Assembly (NCBI GenBank): GCA_046566045.1
Contig: JBKHXL010000007.1
Location: 31,987 to 95,986 of the forward strand
Direction: 5' to 3'
From: Candidatus Limnocylindria bacterium
GTDB taxonomy: Bacteria > Chloroflexota > Limnocylindria > Limnocylindrales > CSP1-4
DNA: 64,000 bases
Part shown: positions 63,653 to 64,000 of the stretch, piece after piece
Position numbering within the stretch: the stretch's first letter is position 1
How the letters are laid out: each line of letters starts with the position of its first letter
Translations under genes and position numbers: made by a program
Notes under the pieces: model-generated
What the model was told of the DNA's origin: nothing
Database searches by the model: none
The model's input: only the letters and a program-made list of their open reading frames with translations

Positions 63653-64000
63653 ATGTCCTACGCCGACGGACTGCTCTCGACCGGGGAAGTGGTCGTCCAC
63701 CGCGAGCGACAGCACTGGCTGGTCTTCGTGTGGGGAGCCCGCTACACGATCCTGGCGGCCATCGCGGCGGTCCTGCTGGCCGTCCTGACCAGCGGCATGA
63801 CCGGGGACGGCGCGGTGCAGACGGTGCGCGACGTCCTGGCCGTGCTGATCGTGGTCCTGTTCGTGGCGGCGGTGGCGAACCTCGGCTGGACGGTCCTGCG
63901 CTACCTCAACCAGGAGTACGTCATCACCAACCGGCGGGTGATGCAGGTGTCGGGCGTCCTCAACAAGTCGTCGACCGACAGCTCGCTCGAGAAGATCAAC
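63653..64000 (+). CDS. Membrane protein with a bacterial PH (bPH_2/DUF304-like) domain; 3' end lies beyond the window
   Basis: GGAGGG lies 8 nt before ATG 63653. Translated by hand: MSYADGLLSTGEVVVHRERQHW..., two TM helices, then EYVITNRRVMQVSGVLNKSSTDSSLEKIN, typical of YdbS/YdbT-type PH domains. The frame is open to the window end. Confidence 0.65.
   Translation, partial: MSYADGLLSTGEVVVHRERQHWLVFVWGARYTILAAIAAVLLAVLTSGMTGDGAVQTVRDVLAVLIVVLFVAAVANLGWTVLRYLNQEYVITNRRVMQVSGVLNKSSTDSSLEKIN

Overview
High-GC, gene-dense bacterial chromosomal segment. It is almost entirely housekeeping and almost entirely transcribed on the + strand. About 20 gene junctions have 1-8 nt start/stop overlaps (ATGA, GTGA, TGATG).

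The backbone order is the one shared by Gram-positive/Terrabacteria-type genomes (Actinomycetota- or Chloroflexota-like; I cannot place it more precisely):
- comM-dprA ... topA-xerC-murJ-femAB-femAB-murE
- rel-hisS ... aspS
- typA
- cysteine desulfurase-mnmA ... alaS ... ruvX-mltG-pepP
- efp-xseA-xseB ... dxs-tlyA-nadK-recN-xerD

I found no rRNA, tRNA or CRISPR array. Only five genes sit on the - strand, and all look like accessory insertions into the + strand backbone: a LuxR-type response regulator, a DsrE-like protein, a MobA-like protein, a kinase-aminotransferase fusion and an adenylate cyclase.

The one clearly foreign segment is about 36446-39048. It is a lower-GC block that has replaced the core of a secreted PQQ-dependent sugar dehydrogenase gene. 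It carries an AbiEii-type nucleotidyltransferase toxin, translationally coupled (GTGA) to a downstream AbiEi-like antitoxin, which is the reverse of the canonical order. It also carries a 3'-truncated IS605-family tnpB that now reads in frame into the host gene's C-terminal tail.

Other points worth a second look:
- a 29-nt repeat triplet (two direct copies, one inverted) upstream of ppa
- a DnaB C-terminal-domain-only ATPase
- a recurrent TANNNT hexamer 7-9 nt upstream of many start codons, suggesting leaderless mRNAs
- a perfect 14-bp palindrome between two divergent promoters
- a non-canonical EDPR motif in MurE next to two FemAB genes
- an FtsA-like ATPase plus a large membrane protein wedged into the conserved alaS-ruvX-mltG cluster
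- a Cys/His-rich mini-protein convergent with DsrE

I see no unambiguous multi-gene novel system. All product calls rest on motif recognition by eye, not on database searches.
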